Below, in pieces: positions 9,819 to 20,084 of a stretch of DNA of 64,000 nt. The position numbers and the translations under genes were made by a program. Where the stretch lies: NCBI GenBank assembly GCA_002427535.1, contig DIRK01000047.1:1267-65266 (forward strand). Direction: 5' to 3'. The DNA is from Mageeibacillus sp. UBA5438 (GTDB taxonomy: Bacteria; Bacillota; Clostridia; Saccharofermentanales; DTU023). Each line of letters begins with the position of its first letter. Positions within the stretch are counted from its first letter, which is position 1. The notes below the pieces were generated by a model. The model saw only the letters and a list, made by a program, of their open reading frames with translations, did not search any database and was not told the DNA's origin.

Positions 9819-10621
9819 TACACCAGCCACTTTCGCTTTCGCGCTTGCCAGTCACCCTCATGCATGGTCAAGATAACCGGACCCTCTTTTGTGATGGCAA
9901 ACGTATTCTCATAATGCGCGGACTGTAAACCATCTTCTGTGACAAAGGTCCAGTCGTTGTCCTCGAGCATCACTTCACGCGAACCGAGGGTTATCATCGG
10001 CTCCACCGCAAGCGTCATGCCTTCCATCAGGCGTATGCCGCGTCCCTTTTGGCCAAAATTCGGCACATTCGGTGATTCGTGAAGCAAGGTTCCGATGCCG
10101 TGCCCTGTGAGGTCACGAATCACCCCGAAACCACGCGATTCACAGTATTCCTGGATCGCTGCTGAAATATCACCTATCCTGTTTCCCACAACCGCCTGCT
10201 CAAAGCCGTGCCAAAATGACGCTTCGGTCACTTCAACCAGTTCTCTCACGCGTGCGGGCACTTCCCCTACGATGAAGGTTCTGGCAGCGTCGCCGTGATA
10301 CCCGTCAAGGTACGCGCCGACATCCACCGACACCAGCATACCCTCTTCAAGCACACGTTCGCGGCTTGGAAACCCGTGGACGACTTCATCGTCGACCGAG
10401 ATGCATGTCGCATTCGGAAAGGGCGTCGGCCCTTGTCCGTCATAACCTAAGAAAGAAGGCGTCGCATGGGCGTCAAGGATGACCTGATGTGCAACCCGGT
10501 CAATCTCCCAGGTCGTGACACCCGCTTTCATAAGCGGCTCTATCGCTTCGAAGACATCGGCAATCACGGCGCCCGGACGCCGCATGATGTCAATCGCTTC
10601 TTTCGATTTGAGCCTGATCAT
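9818..10621 (-). CDS. map: type I methionine aminopeptidase
   Basis: 267 aa. Metal-ligand context VDVGAYLDGYHGD, TGHGIG, AVEPMI and HYENT. Confidence 0.95.
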   Translation of the reverse strand: MIRLKSKEAIDIMRRPGAVIADVFEAIEPLMKAGVTTWEIDRVAHQVILDAHATPSFLGYDGQGPTPFPNATCISVDDEVVHGFPSRERVLEEGMLVSVDVGAYLDGYHGDAARTFIVGEVPARVRELVEVTEASFWHGFEQAVVGNRIGDISAAIQEYCESRGFGVIRDLTGHGIGTLLHESPNVPNFGQKGRGIRLMEGMTLAVEPMITLGSREVMLEDNDWTFVTEDGLQSAHYENTFAITKEGPVILTMHEGDWQARKRKWLV

Positions 10622-10631
10622 CTAAACTATC

Positions 10632-11300
10632 CTAACCGTTGTCTTGCCCAAGGCCCAAAAGACCCAGCAATTCATTTTTAGTCGCCTCGCCAGGCGGCGC
10701 CGTATTTGAAAACTCAATAAGCTTGCCGCGCTCGCGATAATATGAAACAAGAGGTTCAGTCTCATCGTGATAAGCTTTAAACCGCTTTTTCAATGTTTCT
10801 TCCGTATCGTCACTTCTTTTGATCACGGGTCCCTGACAGTCATCGCAAACACCTTCCACCATCGGCACCATCGAAGTCGTGTTATAGGGTTTACCGCATT
10901 TTGTGCAAACCCTCCGCGACAAGATACGCTCGATGAGGACGGCTTCGTCGACGACCAGGTCAATAACCGCGTCAATTGACAAATGTCGCTCGTCCAAGAA
11001 TCGTTCCAAAGCTTCGGCTTGGAAAATCGTGCGGGGGAAGCCGTCTAGGATGAACCCGTCTTTGCCCGCTCCCTCACAGATCGTTTTCTCCACCAAAGCG
11101 ATGGTTACTTCGTCCGGGACCAACAAGCCATTTTCCAGATAGTGACGGACTTTTTCCCCAAGCTCACTTTCAACTTTGAGCTCATGGCGAAAAAGATCAC
11201 CTGAGGAAATGTGCGGCAAAGACAATGTGTCTGAAAGAACCTTCGACCACGTCCCCTTGCCGCTTCCCGGCGCGCCTAACATGATAATGCGCTTCACCAT
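10632..11300 (-). CDS. adk: adenylate kinase (Zn-lid type)
   Basis: GAPGSGKGT P-loop. Lid with CTKCGKPY...CDDCQGPV four-Cys motif. Synteny secY-adk-map. Confidence 0.96.
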   Translation of the reverse strand: MVKRIIMLGAPGSGKGTWSKVLSDTLSLPHISSGDLFRHELKVESELGEKVRHYLENGLLVPDEVTIALVEKTICEGAGKDGFILDGFPRTIFQAEALERFLDERHLSIDAVIDLVVDEAVLIERILSRRVCTKCGKPYNTTSMVPMVEGVCDDCQGPVIKRSDDTEETLKKRFKAYHDETEPLVSYYRERGKLIEFSNTAPPGEATKNELLGLLGLGQDNG

Positions 11301-11304
11301 CGTA

Positions 11305-12597
11305 TTAATCCAAGAACCCTTTGTAGTGCCGCATGAGCATCTGAGCTTCTAATTGCGTCACAATATCCATGGCCACGCCGACGAGGATGAGTACGGCCGT
11401 TCCGCCGAACCAGATTCCGTGCGCACCCGTGACGGCGCCTAACAGCGCCGGCATCAGGACGAGGACTACAAGGAACACCGCCTCAAACCAGTTGAGACGA
11501 CGTGCTGTCTTGCCTACAAATTCTGCCGTCGGGCGGCCCGGCCGGATGCCCAGGATGTAACCGCCGTTCTTTTGCAAGTTGTTGGCGATGTCGACGGGGT
11601 TATAGCTGATCATCGAGTAGAAGAATGTAAACGCGATGATCAAAACAGAGTAAACCACGTAGTACAAGGGATTCGTATTGAAGTTCATCAGCCAGGTCGC
11701 AAACTTACCCGTACTGCCCGTGAACGAAGCAATCGTCGACGGAACCATGAGCATGGACATGGCAAAAATGACAGGCAACACGCCTGATTGGTTTACCTTG
11801 ATCGGCAGGTAGGTGCTCTGTCCGCCATAAACCTTGCGGCCCACCACACGCTTCGTGTACTGGACCGGAATACGGCGTTCAGCGGTCTGAATATAGACGA
11901 CCAGCGCGATAATTCCGACGAACACGGCGACTGTCAAGATGACAAGTCCGAGCGCGAGGAAAACATTGCGCGTCACCGTCAGCGTCTGGAAATAGACAAA
12001 CAACTGACGGGCGTAGTCGGGCAGGCGGCTCGCGATACCAATGAAGATAATGAGCGAAATACCGTTTCCGACGCCTTTTGTATCAATCTGCTCACCCAGC
12101 CACATGATGAATGAGGCACCGGCGGCAAAGCTGAGGATGACGACGACAAGGCTCAGCCACTCGGGAATGCCCGGAGTGGTGGCACCGCGTGTCAGCAGCG
12201 CGTATGAGGTCGCCATCACAAGTGAAAGCGCCAGCGTGACCATGCGCGTGATTTTTTGAATCTTCTTTTGGCCCTCTTCCCCCTCTTTTTGCAAACGCTC
12301 TAAGGCGGGGATGGCGAAGGTCAAAAGCTGCATGATGATCGACGCGTTGATGTACGGTGATATACCAAGCGCCAGCACGGACACCGATTTAAAGGCGCCG
12401 CCCGAGATGATGTCGAGGAATTGACCCAGTTGGCCAAAACGCTCAATCAGCGCCGCAAAGGCAACACTGTCAATCATCGGAGTCGGGATCGCCGTCCCGA
12501 ATCGGAAGATCAATACCGCAAACAGCGTAAACATAATCTTCTTCTTCAGGTCGGGAATTCTCCACGCGTTTGCCAGGGTTTGAAACATACTACCCAT
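11305..12597 (-). CDS. secY: preprotein translocase subunit SecY
   Basis: 430-aa 10-TM protein following rplO, with typical N-terminus LKKKIMFTLFAVLIFRFG. Confidence 0.97.
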   Translation of the reverse strand: MGSMFQTLANAWRIPDLKKKIMFTLFAVLIFRFGTAIPTPMIDSVAFAALIERFGQLGQFLDIISGGAFKSVSVLALGISPYINASIIMQLLTFAIPALERLQKEGEEGQKKIQKITRMVTLALSLVMATSYALLTRGATTPGIPEWLSLVVVILSFAAGASFIMWLGEQIDTKGVGNGISLIIFIGIASRLPDYARQLFVYFQTLTVTRNVFLALGLVILTVAVFVGIIALVVYIQTAERRIPVQYTKRVVGRKVYGGQSTYLPIKVNQSGVLPVIFAMSMLMVPSTIASFTGSTGKFATWLMNFNTNPLYYVVYSVLIIAFTFFYSMISYNPVDIANNLQKNGGYILGIRPGRPTAEFVGKTARRLNWFEAVFLVVLVLMPALLGAVTGAHGIWFGGTAVLILVGVAMDIVTQLEAQMLMRHYKGFLD

Positions 12598-12598
12598 G

Positions 12599-13048
12599 TC
12601 AGATTACCTCACATGTTCCCCCGGCCGCTTCAATTTTTTCTTTGGCCGTGGAGGTGAAAGCCGCAGCCTTCACATCGAGCTTCTTTGTGAGCTCTCCGTC
12701 TCCCAGTATTTTCAGTCCGTCGTTCACTTTCGGCAAGGAAATGACGCCACGTTCCGCCAACAATTCCGCGGTGACCGTTTCGCCCTCTTCCATCTTGGAA
12801 AGTTGGCCGACATTCACTGTAATATAGTGTTTCGCAAAACGCTTGTTGTTAAAACCCCTCTTGGGGAGTCTGCGATAAAGAGGCATCTGGCCGCCCTCAA
12901 ACTGCGGACGAACACCGCCGCCTGAGCGCGCTTTTTGTCCCTTATGGCCGCGGCCCGATGTTTTGCCGCTGCCTGAACCGTGGCCGCGACCCACACGCGA
13001 AGCTTTGCGCGTGGCACCGTCCACCGGCTTTAAATCATTCAACTTCAT
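12599..13048 (-). CDS. rplO: 50S ribosomal protein L15
   Basis: Start at ATG 13048 (MKLNDLKP) behind AAGGAGGAG. Gly/Arg/Lys-rich [25 protein letters not shown] region. Confidence 0.95.
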   Translation of the reverse strand: MKLNDLKPVDGATRKASRVGRGHGSGSGKTSGRGHKGQKARSGGGVRPQFEGGQMPLYRRLPKRGFNNKRFAKHYITVNVGQLSKMEEGETVTAELLAERGVISLPKVNDGLKILGDGELTKKLDVKAAAFTSTAKEKIEAAGGTCEVI

Positions 13049-13241
13049 TATCGTCTCCTCCTTCGTAGGGTTCAGCGACAACAAGGTGACGGACTTTGCG
13101 GACCATGCCGCGAATCGCGTCGTTATCTTTCTGAATCACGGATTGACCGATTTTTCTCAAACCGAGCGCGTGCACCGTCGCCACCTGATCTTTTCGGCAG
13201 TTGTTGACACTGCGCAACAAGGTTATCTTTAAGCGATCCAT
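13035..13241 (-). CDS. rpmD: 50S ribosomal protein L30
   Basis: Start at ATG 13241 ([11 protein letters not shown]) behind AAGGAGG. The 68-aa product ends EGGDDNEVE, and that tail is encoded by the rplO Shine-Dalgarno region (14-nt overlap). Confidence 0.9.
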   Translation of the reverse strand: MDRLKITLLRSVNNCRKDQVATVHALGLRKIGQSVIQKDNDAIRGMVRKVRHLVVAEPYEGGDDNEVE

Positions 13242-13251
13242 GTCAACCTCC

Positions 13252-13782
13252 TTACAAGATTTCACTCGGGTGCTTGCCGCGGATCTCGGCGACCTGCTCA
13301 AGCGTGCGGAGCGATTTCAACCCTTCGATCGTCGCGTTGACGATGTTGTTCGGGTTCGCGCTGCCCAGTGACTTGGTGCGGATATCTTTGATGCCCGCCA
13401 ACTCACAGACGGCACGCACCGCACCACCGGCGATAACACCCGTACCGGCGGCAGCCGGTTTCAACATGACACGCGCCGCGCCGAAGCGTCCCACCACTTC
13501 GTACGGAATCGTATCTTTATAGGTCGGAACCTTAAACATATTCTTTTTCGCGTCTTCAATGCCTTTGCGGATCGCCTCGGGAATTTCACTCGACTTACCG
13601 AGTCCCTTCCCGACACGCCCCTCGCCGTCACCGACGACGACTAAGGCTGTGAAGCGGAAATTACGACCGCCTTTAACGGTCTTGGCAACGCGGCCGATAT
13701 GGATGACGCGCTCTTGGAATTCATTGTCACGGTCATCTCTTCTGTCGCGGTCTCGTTCTCTTCTCATATTGCCACTCCTCAA
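13252..13782 (-). CDS. rpsE: 30S ribosomal protein S5
   Basis: 176 aa with [21 protein letters not shown] motif and a charged Arg/Asp N-terminal leader. Confidence 0.96.
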   Translation of the reverse strand: MRSGNMRRERDRDRRDDRDNEFQERVIHIGRVAKTVKGGRNFRFTALVVVGDGEGRVGKGLGKSSEIPEAIRKGIEDAKKNMFKVPTYKDTIPYEVVGRFGAARVMLKPAAAGTGVIAGGAVRAVCELAGIKDIRTKSLGSANPNNIVNATIEGLKSLRTLEQVAEIRGKHPSEIL

Positions 13783-14147
13783 AATTCAAGTCCGGCTTCA
13801 CGAGCCGCTTCCGCAAGTGCCTTCACGCGTCCATGATAAAGGAATCCGCCGCGGTCAAAGACCACCTCTTTGATCCCTTTTTCAATCGCACGCTCTGCTG
13901 CGAGCTTGCCGACTGCCTTTGCCGCTTCGACGTTCCCGCCGTTCGGATGCGCGCCCTTTACCTCGGCGTCAAGCGACGAGGCCGCGATCAGCGTCTGATG
14001 GGTCTTATCATCGATGACCTGCGCGTAAATATGGGAAGCGCTTCTGAAAACAGAAAGGCGCGGGCGTTCGGCTGTGCCGCTGATATGCTTTCTCACGCGC
14101 CGATGGCGGCGGAGACGAACTTGATTGCGTGGTTCTTTTTTAATCAT
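13779..14147 (-). CDS. rplR: 50S ribosomal protein L18
   Basis: 122 aa with [24 protein letters not shown] and [24 protein letters not shown] motifs. Confidence 0.97.
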   Translation of the reverse strand: MIKKEPRNQVRLRRHRRVRKHISGTAERPRLSVFRSASHIYAQVIDDKTHQTLIAASSLDAEVKGAHPNGGNVEAAKAVGKLAAERAIEKGIKEVVFDRGGFLYHGRVKALAEAAREAGLEF

Positions 14148-14161
14148 TTAATGCACGCTCC

Positions 14162-14701
14162 TTACTTCGCACCGGCTTTACCGGCTTTGAGTCGGATCAC
14201 TTCACCCGCGTAACGAACACCCTTGCCCTTATAGGGGTCAGGCAGACGCGAGCCTCTGATCTTGGCGGCCATCTCGCCGACAAGTTGCTTGTCTGCGCCC
14301 TTCACGGCAATGCGTGTCGGGGAGGCCAGCTCAAAAGTGATGCCTTCCGGCTCTTCAAAAATTACCTGGTGAGAATAACCGAGATCCATGATCAGTTGGT
14401 TACCCTGCTTTTGGGCTCTGTATCCCACACCCTGGATTTCCAGATTCTTTGTAAAGCCTTCGTTCAGTCCGATGACCATATTGTTCACAAGCGAGCGCAT
14501 CAGTCCGTGAAGCGCACGCGTCTCGCGTGCTTCATTTTCACGCTCAACATGGATCACTCCGTCGTCGACCTTAATCGCGATGCCGGGCAGCATTTTCTGC
14601 GACAGCGATTGATCACCACGACGCACTGTGATCGCGTCACCCGTGATATCGACGTCGATACCCTGGGGAATTGTGATCGGCTTTTTGCCAATTCTTGACA
14701 T
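14162..14701 (-). CDS. rplF: 50S ribosomal protein L6
   Basis: 179 aa with MSRIGKKPI N-terminus and GYSH and PYKGKGVRY motifs. Confidence 0.97.
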   Translation of the reverse strand: MSRIGKKPITIPQGIDVDITGDAITVRRGDQSLSQKMLPGIAIKVDDGVIHVERENEARETRALHGLMRSLVNNMVIGLNEGFTKNLEIQGVGYRAQKQGNQLIMDLGYSHQVIFEEPEGITFELASPTRIAVKGADKQLVGEMAAKIRGSRLPDPYKGKGVRYAGEVIRLKAGKAGAK

Positions 14702-14763
14702 AATCGTCCTCCTGCTCTTAAGATTGCGGGTCTACGAAACCCATTTCAGAGTCTTCGCTCCGA

Positions 14764-15159
14764 TCACCAGACATAGGCCAGCACTTCGCCGCCAAGCTTG
14801 GTGCGACGCGCAAACTTGTCCGTCATCACGCCTTTAGAGGTCGAGATGATCGCGATTCCGAGACCGTTTTGGACGCGCGGCAGATTGTCAATATCCGCGT
14901 AGACGCGCAAACCCGGTTTCGAGATGCGTCTGATACCCGTAATCACGGGCTTGGAGCCATAGTACTTCAGTGTGACTGTCAGGATTCCCTGTTTTCCGTC
15001 TTCACGGTGGGAAACCTTCTCAATGTAACCTTCATCGACGAGAATATCCGCGATGGCGCGCTTCATGTTAGAAGCGGGGATCTCACACGTCATTTTGCCG
15101 GCTCTCCCGGCGTTGCGGATGCGTGTCAACATGTCCGCGATTGGATCCGTCACATGCAT
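14764..15159 (-). CDS. rpsH: 30S ribosomal protein S8
   Basis: 131 aa with [14 protein letters not shown]-terminal signature and C-terminal GGEVLAYVW. Confidence 0.97.
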   Translation of the reverse strand: MHVTDPIADMLTRIRNAGRAGKMTCEIPASNMKRAIADILVDEGYIEKVSHREDGKQGILTVTLKYYGSKPVITGIRRISKPGLRVYADIDNLPRVQNGLGIAIISTSKGVMTDKFARRTKLGGEVLAYVW

Positions 15160-15171
15160 GATATCTCCTCC

Positions 15172-15357
15172 TTACCAACTGGCCTTGCGTACGCCAGGGA
15201 TCTGTCCTTTATAAGCGAGTTCACGAAAGCAAAGACGGCAGACACCGAATTTTCTGATATAGGCGTGTGGACGCCCGCACAGCTGGCAGCGGTTCTTCTG
15301 GCGCGTCGAATACTTCGGTACGCGTTGTGATTTTATGATCTGTGATTTTTTCGCCAT
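15172..15357 (-). CDS. rpsN: 30S ribosomal protein S14 type Z (zinc-binding)
   Basis: 61 aa with [20 protein letters not shown] four-Cys motif. Confidence 0.96.
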   Translation of the reverse strand: MAKKSQIIKSQRVPKYSTRQKNRCQLCGRPHAYIRKFGVCRLCFRELAYKGQIPGVRKASW

Positions 15358-15368
15358 GGTGTACTCCT

Positions 15369-15908
15369 CTACCTGCTAAAAGGCATGCCAAGCTCAGTGA
15401 GCAAAGCTTTTGCCTCTTCATCAGTTTTAGCCGTCGTGACGATCGCGATGTCGAGGCCGTTGATCTTATCGATGCTGTCGTAATCGACTTCCGGGAAGAT
15501 CAATTGCTCACGCGCGCCGAGGGAAAAGTTACCGTGCCCGTCAAACGAGTTCGGATTAACACCGCGAAAGTCGCGCACACGCGGCAACGCGATGCTGATC
15601 AGTTTATCCAAAAACTGATACATGCGATCGCCGCGGATGGTGACCTTCACACCGTTGGGCATGCCTTCTCTCAGCTTAAAGTTCGCAACCGATTTTTTCG
15701 CGTTGACAACCACCGGCTTCTGACCGGCAATGGTCGTCAGGTCGCGGACGGCCGACTCAACCGCTTTCGGGTTTTCGCGCACATTGCCGATTCCCACGTT
15801 CAGAACGATTTTCTCGAGCCGGGGAACCTGCATGATGGAGGAATACGAGAATTCCTTCATCAAGGTGTCACGCACTTCATTTTTATATTTATCTCTCAAG
15901 CGATTCAT
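15369..15908 (-). CDS. rplE: 50S ribosomal protein L5
   Basis: 179 aa. MNRLRDKY N-terminus and [19 protein letters not shown] motif. Confidence 0.97.
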   Translation of the reverse strand: MNRLRDKYKNEVRDTLMKEFSYSSIMQVPRLEKIVLNVGIGNVRENPKAVESAVRDLTTIAGQKPVVVNAKKSVANFKLREGMPNGVKVTIRGDRMYQFLDKLISIALPRVRDFRGVNPNSFDGHGNFSLGAREQLIFPEVDYDSIDKINGLDIAIVTTAKTDEEAKALLTELGMPFSR

Positions 15909-15911
15909 GCG

Positions 15912-16280
15912 TTACTCCTTTTTACCCTTGTTGATGACAGAGATGGTCGCGTCGCAAGATTTGCAAAAGCGGACTTTATCACCGTTATCAAGATATTTTT
16001 TCCCCGTTTTCGAGGGTGCTTTACATTTCGGGCATACGAGCATCACGTTTGAGGCGTCGATCGGCATTTCCTGACGGATAATTCCGCCCTGTTGCTGCTG
16101 CGAACGCGGCTTCACGTGGCGCGTCGCGATATTGACGCCTTCCACAATGACGCGGCCTTTTGCAGGATAAGCGGCAATAATTTTGCCTGTTTTTCCCGCG
16201 TCTTTTCCCGTCAGCACATAGACCTGATCGTCTACCTTGACATGTAATTTATTTCGGGCCATCTTCTCCTCCTTTGCCAT
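15912..16280 (-). CDS. rplX: 50S ribosomal protein L24 (with four-Cys Zn-ribbon-like C-terminal part)
   Basis: KOW motif VLTGKDAGKTGKI. C-terminal CPKC...CKSC. Two candidate starts: ATG 16280 (TAATG with the rplN stop) or ATG 16262 (MARNKLHVK, 5 nt after AAGGAGG). Confidence 0.94.
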   Translation of the reverse strand: MAKEEKMARNKLHVKVDDQVYVLTGKDAGKTGKIIAAYPAKGRVIVEGVNIATRHVKPRSQQQQGGIIRQEMPIDASNVMLVCPKCKAPSKTGKKYLDNGDKVRFCKSCDATISVINKGKKE

Positions 16281-16648
16281 TACAGGACCTCCGGTGCAAG
16301 CGAGAGAATCTTCATGTAGTTCTTCTCACGCAGCTCACGAGCGATGGGACCGAAGATGCGCGTCCCCTGAGGGTTGCCGTCTTCTTTTAAAATGACCGCC
16401 GCATTTTCGTCAAAACGGATCATTGAACCGTCTTTGCGTTGGATGGGGGCTTTCGTGCGGACGACCACCGCCCGGACAACTTCGCCCTTCTTCACCGTAC
16501 CGCCCGGCGTAGCCTCTTTGACAGAGCAAACGATCACGTCGCCTACATGCGCGTAGCGGCGGCCTGTGCCACCTAATACACGGATGCACATCAGTCTTTT
16601 GGCGCCGGTATTGTCGGCGGATTTGAGCCTCGATTGTACTTGAATCAT
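16280..16648 (-). CDS. rplN: 50S ribosomal protein L14
   Basis: 122 aa with [18 protein letters not shown]-terminus. Confidence 0.98.
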   Translation of the reverse strand: MIQVQSRLKSADNTGAKRLMCIRVLGGTGRRYAHVGDVIVCSVKEATPGGTVKKGEVVRAVVVRTKAPIQRKDGSMIRFDENAAVILKEDGNPQGTRIFGPIARELREKNYMKILSLAPEVL

Positions 16649-16673
16649 TGACTTTTCCTCCTACCCTGTTGGG

Positions 16674-16934
16674 CTACCTAGCCTTCTCGATGATTTCAAC
16701 GAGACGCCAGCGCTTGTCGCGGCTCAAGGGTCTTGTTTCCATCACGCGGACACGGTCGCCGACGCCGCACTCGTTGTTCTCATCGTGTGCCTTCATCTTC
16801 ACCGTGTGCTTGATGTATTTTTTGTAAAGCGGATGGCGGATGTGCTCGGTGACGGCGACGACAATTGTCTTGTCCATCTTGTCACTTGTCACGGTGCCAA
16901 CGCGCTGCTTTCTCTTATTGCGTTCCATCGTCAT
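16674..16934 (-). CDS. rpsQ: 30S ribosomal protein S17
   Basis: 86 aa with [14 protein letters not shown] and [30 protein letters not shown] motifs. Confidence 0.96.
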   Translation of the reverse strand: MTMERNKRKQRVGTVTSDKMDKTIVVAVTEHIRHPLYKKYIKHTVKMKAHDENNECGVGDRVRVMETRPLSRDKRWRLVEIIEKAR

Positions 16935-16948
16935 TTTTTAAATTCCCC

Positions 16949-17158
16949 CTATCTTGCGACAAGCTGCCCCAGCTCCTGCTGGCGCATGACGGTCTTGACG
17001 CGCGCGATGTCGCGTTTGACCCGTTTCAATTCCATCGGGTTCGCAAGCTGGTTTGTCGCGTGCTGGAAGCGAAGCTTAAACAACTCTTCTTTCAGTTCAC
17101 GCAGCTCGGCCGCAAGCTCGGTCTGGTTTTTTTCACGTAATTCTTTCGCCTTCATCAT
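16949..17158 (-). CDS. rpmC: 50S ribosomal protein L29
   Basis: 69 aa with [31 protein letters not shown]. Confidence 0.96.
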   Translation of the reverse strand: MMKAKELREKNQTELAAELRELKEELFKLRFQHATNQLANPMELKRVKRDIARVKTVMRQQELGQLVAR

Positions 17159-17169
17159 CAGACCTCCTA

Positions 17170-17745
17170 TTACTCAGCATCCGCTTCAGCTTCAGCTTCG
17201 CCGGATGCTTCATCCGCGCCCTCTGCCGCTTCAGCTTCTGCCGCCTGCTCCGCCAGCTCATCGTCGGTGAGGAGTTCATCCGGTATATCGAGTACTTGCA
17301 CTTCAGCAAATTTCGCGATTTCCTCTTCGGTAAACTTACGTTCACTTTCAACAAAACGGACCTTGCAGGGTAATTTATGCGACGCCAGGCGGAGCGCCTC
17401 GCGCGCTTGTTTTTCGGTGACACCGGCCACTTCGAAAAGAACGCGTCCGGGTTTCACAACGGCAACCCAATATTCGGGGGAGCCTTTACCTTTACCCATA
17501 CGGGTTTCAGCCGGCTTCTTTGACACGGGTTTGTCGGGGAATACTTTGATCCACACCGTCCCGCCACGACGGAAATATCGGTTAATGGCAATACGGGATG
17601 CTTCGATCTGATTCGCGGTGATCCAGCAAGGCTCCAAGGCCTGCAGTCCATACTGACCATAGGTGACTTTGTTGCCCCTTAAAGCCTTTCCCTTCATGCG
17701 CCCGCGATGCTGCTTTCTGCGTTTGACACGTCTAGGCATTAACAT
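17170..17745 (-). CDS. rplP: 50S ribosomal protein L16 with ~45-aa acidic C-terminal extension
   Basis: [20 protein letters not shown]-terminus and [24 protein letters not shown] core. The frame continues past the usual end (..KVRFVESE) into [52 protein letters not shown]. Confidence 0.95.
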   Translation of the reverse strand: MLMPRRVKRRKQHRGRMKGKALRGNKVTYGQYGLQALEPCWITANQIEASRIAINRYFRRGGTVWIKVFPDKPVSKKPAETRMGKGKGSPEYWVAVVKPGRVLFEVAGVTEKQAREALRLASHKLPCKVRFVESERKFTEEEIAKFAEVQVLDIPDELLTDDELAEQAAEAEAAEGADEASGEAEAEADAE

Positions 17746-18415
17746 CGGAGTTCGCCTCCTTTTCTTCCACGGCGACGTTCTTCAATACGCGAACCTCGCC
17801 CTTATAAATCCAAACCTTCACACCGAGCTGACCGTAGGAGGTCTTTGCTTCGGCAAATCCGTAATCAATATCGGCATGCAGTGTATGCAGAGGTATCGAC
17901 CCTTCGCGATACTGCTCAAAACGCGCGATCTCAGCGCCACCCAAGCGGCCTGACACCATTGTTTTGATCCCGCGCGCGCCATTTTTCATGGCACGGTTAA
18001 TCGCCTGTTTCATCGCACGGCGGAAAGACACACGTTCTTCCAGCTGGCGCGCGATGCTCTCGGCTACGAGCTGCGCTTCGACATCGACATTGCGCACTTC
18101 TTTCACATTGATATAGAAGTTGCGTCCGAATTTCTTCGAAAGTCTCTTTTTCAAATTCTCAATTTCAGACCCGCCGCGACCGATGATGATACCCGGCTTG
18201 CCGGTTGTGATCGTAATCGTCGTATTGTCGTCACCCAGGCGTTCGATTTCAATCCTGGAGACCCCGGCGCGTTCTGTCTGTTCTTTGACATAATCGCGGA
18301 TCTTTTTGTCTTCAACGAGGTAGCGCGCAAAATTCTTTTTGTCAGCATACCAGCGTGAATCCCAATCCTTAATAACGCCTACACGCAGTCCGTGCGGATT
18401 AACTTTCTGACCCAT
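17732..18415 (-). CDS. rpsC: 30S ribosomal protein S3
   Basis: 227 aa with [14 protein letters not shown]-terminus and a KH domain. Confidence 0.97.
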   Translation of the reverse strand: MGQKVNPHGLRVGVIKDWDSRWYADKKNFARYLVEDKKIRDYVKEQTERAGVSRIEIERLGDDNTTITITTGKPGIIIGRGGSEIENLKKRLSKKFGRNFYINVKEVRNVDVEAQLVAESIARQLEERVSFRRAMKQAINRAMKNGARGIKTMVSGRLGGAEIARFEQYREGSIPLHTLHADIDYGFAEAKTSYGQLGVKVWIYKGEVRVLKNVAVEEKEANSDVNA

Positions 18416-18416
18416 C

Positions 18417-18902
18417 TTAGACCTCCTCTACCCTTTCCTTAAGAACGACATCGACGTGGCATGTGCGCTTGCGGATCAGGTTTGCCTGTCCTCGGGCACG
18501 CGGACGGATGCGCTTTAGGGTCGGTCCCTGCATGGCATAAAGTTCAGCCACATAGAGCGTTTCGGGGCTCATGCCGTTGTTGTTCACGGCATTCGCTTCG
18601 GCCGACTTAAGCAACTTGGTCAACGGCTGGGCGGCACCGTGCGGGGTGTACTGCAAAATTGCGTACGCCTCCTCGAGTGGTTTGCCGACCACATTACGGA
18701 TCAGCGCGTTGACTTTAAAGGCATTCATGCGAAGGTGGCGGAGCGACGCGCGACCTTCGTCACGCCCGATCCCGAGCACCTTTCGTTCCTTCTTCGTCAG
18801 CACGCGTGTCTTCGCGTTTCGCGGAGTTTGTTTCTTATGCGCCGCAATCAGTTCTTCACGGCGTTCGAGCAACTCTTGTCTGCTCAAAATTCTCTTAGCC
18901 AC
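18417..18902 (-). CDS. rplV: 50S ribosomal protein L22 (GTG start, ~48-aa N-terminal extension)
   Basis: GAGGAGG-N7-GTG at 18902, 23 nt after the rpsS stop. Core [28 protein letters not shown]. The 252-aa track ORF overlaps rpsS and is not credible upstream of 18902. Confidence 0.9.
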   Translation of the reverse strand: MAKRILSRQELLERREELIAAHKKQTPRNAKTRVLTKKERKVLGIGRDEGRASLRHLRMNAFKVNALIRNVVGKPLEEAYAILQYTPHGAAQPLTKLLKSAEANAVNNNGMSPETLYVAELYAMQGPTLKRIRPRARGQANLIRKRTCHVDVVLKERVEEV

Positions 18903-18924
18903 AGTGTTTCCTCCTCGCCGTCTC

Positions 18925-19206
18925 TTAGCGCATCCTCGCGCGTTTATCAGAGCCGGCATGGCCTCTGAATGTTCGGGTCGGCGCGAATTCGCCGAGTTTA
19001 TGACCCACCATCTCTTCTGTGATGTAAACGGGTACGTGTTTTCTTCCATCATGAACGGCGATTGTGTGGCCCACCATTTCAGGGAAAATGGTGGAGGCGC
19101 GTGACCATGTCTTGAGGACACGGTGTTCATTCTTTTCATTTTGTGCGATGACGCGAGCGAGAAGCCTTTCATCAACGTAGTAACCTTTTTTGGCAGAACG
19201 ACTCAT
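18925..19206 (-). CDS. rpsS: 30S ribosomal protein S19
   Basis: 93 aa with [12 protein letters not shown] and [38 protein letters not shown] motifs. Confidence 0.97.
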   Translation of the reverse strand: MSRSAKKGYYVDERLLARVIAQNEKNEHRVLKTWSRASTIFPEMVGHTIAVHDGRKHVPVYITEEMVGHKLGEFAPTRTFRGHAGSDKRARMR

Positions 19207-19222
19207 GCTGTCTCCTCCATTT

Positions 19223-20056
19223 CTAGCTCTTGGTGCGACGTCTGATGATCAGACGATCGGTCGATTTGCCGCGTTTACGCGTGCGATATCCCAGTGTCGG
19301 TTTGCCCCAGGGCGTCACCGGACTCGGCTTACCGATCGGCGCTTTACCCTCACCACCGCCATGCGGGTGATCGACGGGGTTCATCGCGGAACCGCGCACG
19401 TGAGGACGGCGTCCCATATGACGGTTGCGGCCGGCTTTACCGATATTGACAATATCGTTTTCAATATTGCTGACGACACCGATGACGGCGCGGCAGTTTT
19501 GCAGGACCATACGCACTTCGCCTGAGGGCATACGCAAGGTTGCGTAGCGCCCCTCTTTTGCCAAAAGCTGAGCGGAGGTTCCGGCGGCGCGGATTAATTG
19601 TCCGCCGTGACCGGAATTCAGCTCAACGTTATGCACCTGGGTGCCGACAGGGATCGAAGACAAGGGAAGGCAGTTACCCGCCACGATGTCCACATGATCG
19701 CCCGCGATGACCGTGTCGCCTGTTTTCAAGCCGTGCGGCGCCAAGATGTAACTCTTTTCGCCGTCCGCGTACATGATCAGCGCGATAAAGGCTGTGCGGT
19801 TGGGGTCATATTCGATGGCGAGCACTTCAGCCGGAATATCCGTCTTATTGCGCTTCCAGTCGATGATACGGTACTTTTGACGGTTGCCGCCACCTCTGTG
19901 GCGCACCGTGATACGGCCGTAATGGTTGCGGCCGCTATGCTTCTTCTTCGTTGCGAGCAGGCTTTTCTCGGGGGCCTTATCCGTCAGATTGGATCGATCG
20001 GCTCCGGTCATCTGCCTCCTGGCGGGAGAAGTCGGGCGATAGCTCTTAATAGCCAT
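19223..20056 (-). CDS. rplB: 50S ribosomal protein L2
   Basis: 277 aa with [15 protein letters not shown]-terminus and [13 protein letters not shown] motif. Confidence 0.98.
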   Translation of the reverse strand: MAIKSYRPTSPARRQMTGADRSNLTDKAPEKSLLATKKKHSGRNHYGRITVRHRGGGNRQKYRIIDWKRNKTDIPAEVLAIEYDPNRTAFIALIMYADGEKSYILAPHGLKTGDTVIAGDHVDIVAGNCLPLSSIPVGTQVHNVELNSGHGGQLIRAAGTSAQLLAKEGRYATLRMPSGEVRMVLQNCRAVIGVVSNIENDIVNIGKAGRNRHMGRRPHVRGSAMNPVDHPHGGGEGKAPIGKPSPVTPWGKPTLGYRTRKRGKSTDRLIIRRRTKS

Positions 20057-20084
20057 AATAATCTCCTTCTTTCACGCGACCGGT

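Noticed and set aside
15342-16052. Long plus-strand ORFs inside the ribosomal operon: 15342-16052 (236 aa), 19598-20278 (226 aa), 20976-21710 (244 aa), 18571-19104 (177 aa) and many shorter ones.
   Set aside because: Each lies entirely antisense to a strongly conserved ribosomal protein gene. Their translations are Arg/His/Ser-rich and low-complexity, with no RBS or recognisable motif. These are typical shadow ORFs.
17170-17260. Short tandem GCTTCAGCTTC-type repeats that could be mistaken for a microsatellite or repeat array.
   Set aside because: They are in frame within rplP and encode the Ala/Glu-rich tail. There is no spacer-repeat organisation.
18903-19175. N-terminal 91 codons of the 252-aa track ORF containing L22.
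   Set aside because: This part overlaps rpsS in another frame and has no L22-like sequence. A GAGGAGG-N7-GTG start at 18902, just after the rpsS stop, explains the gene.
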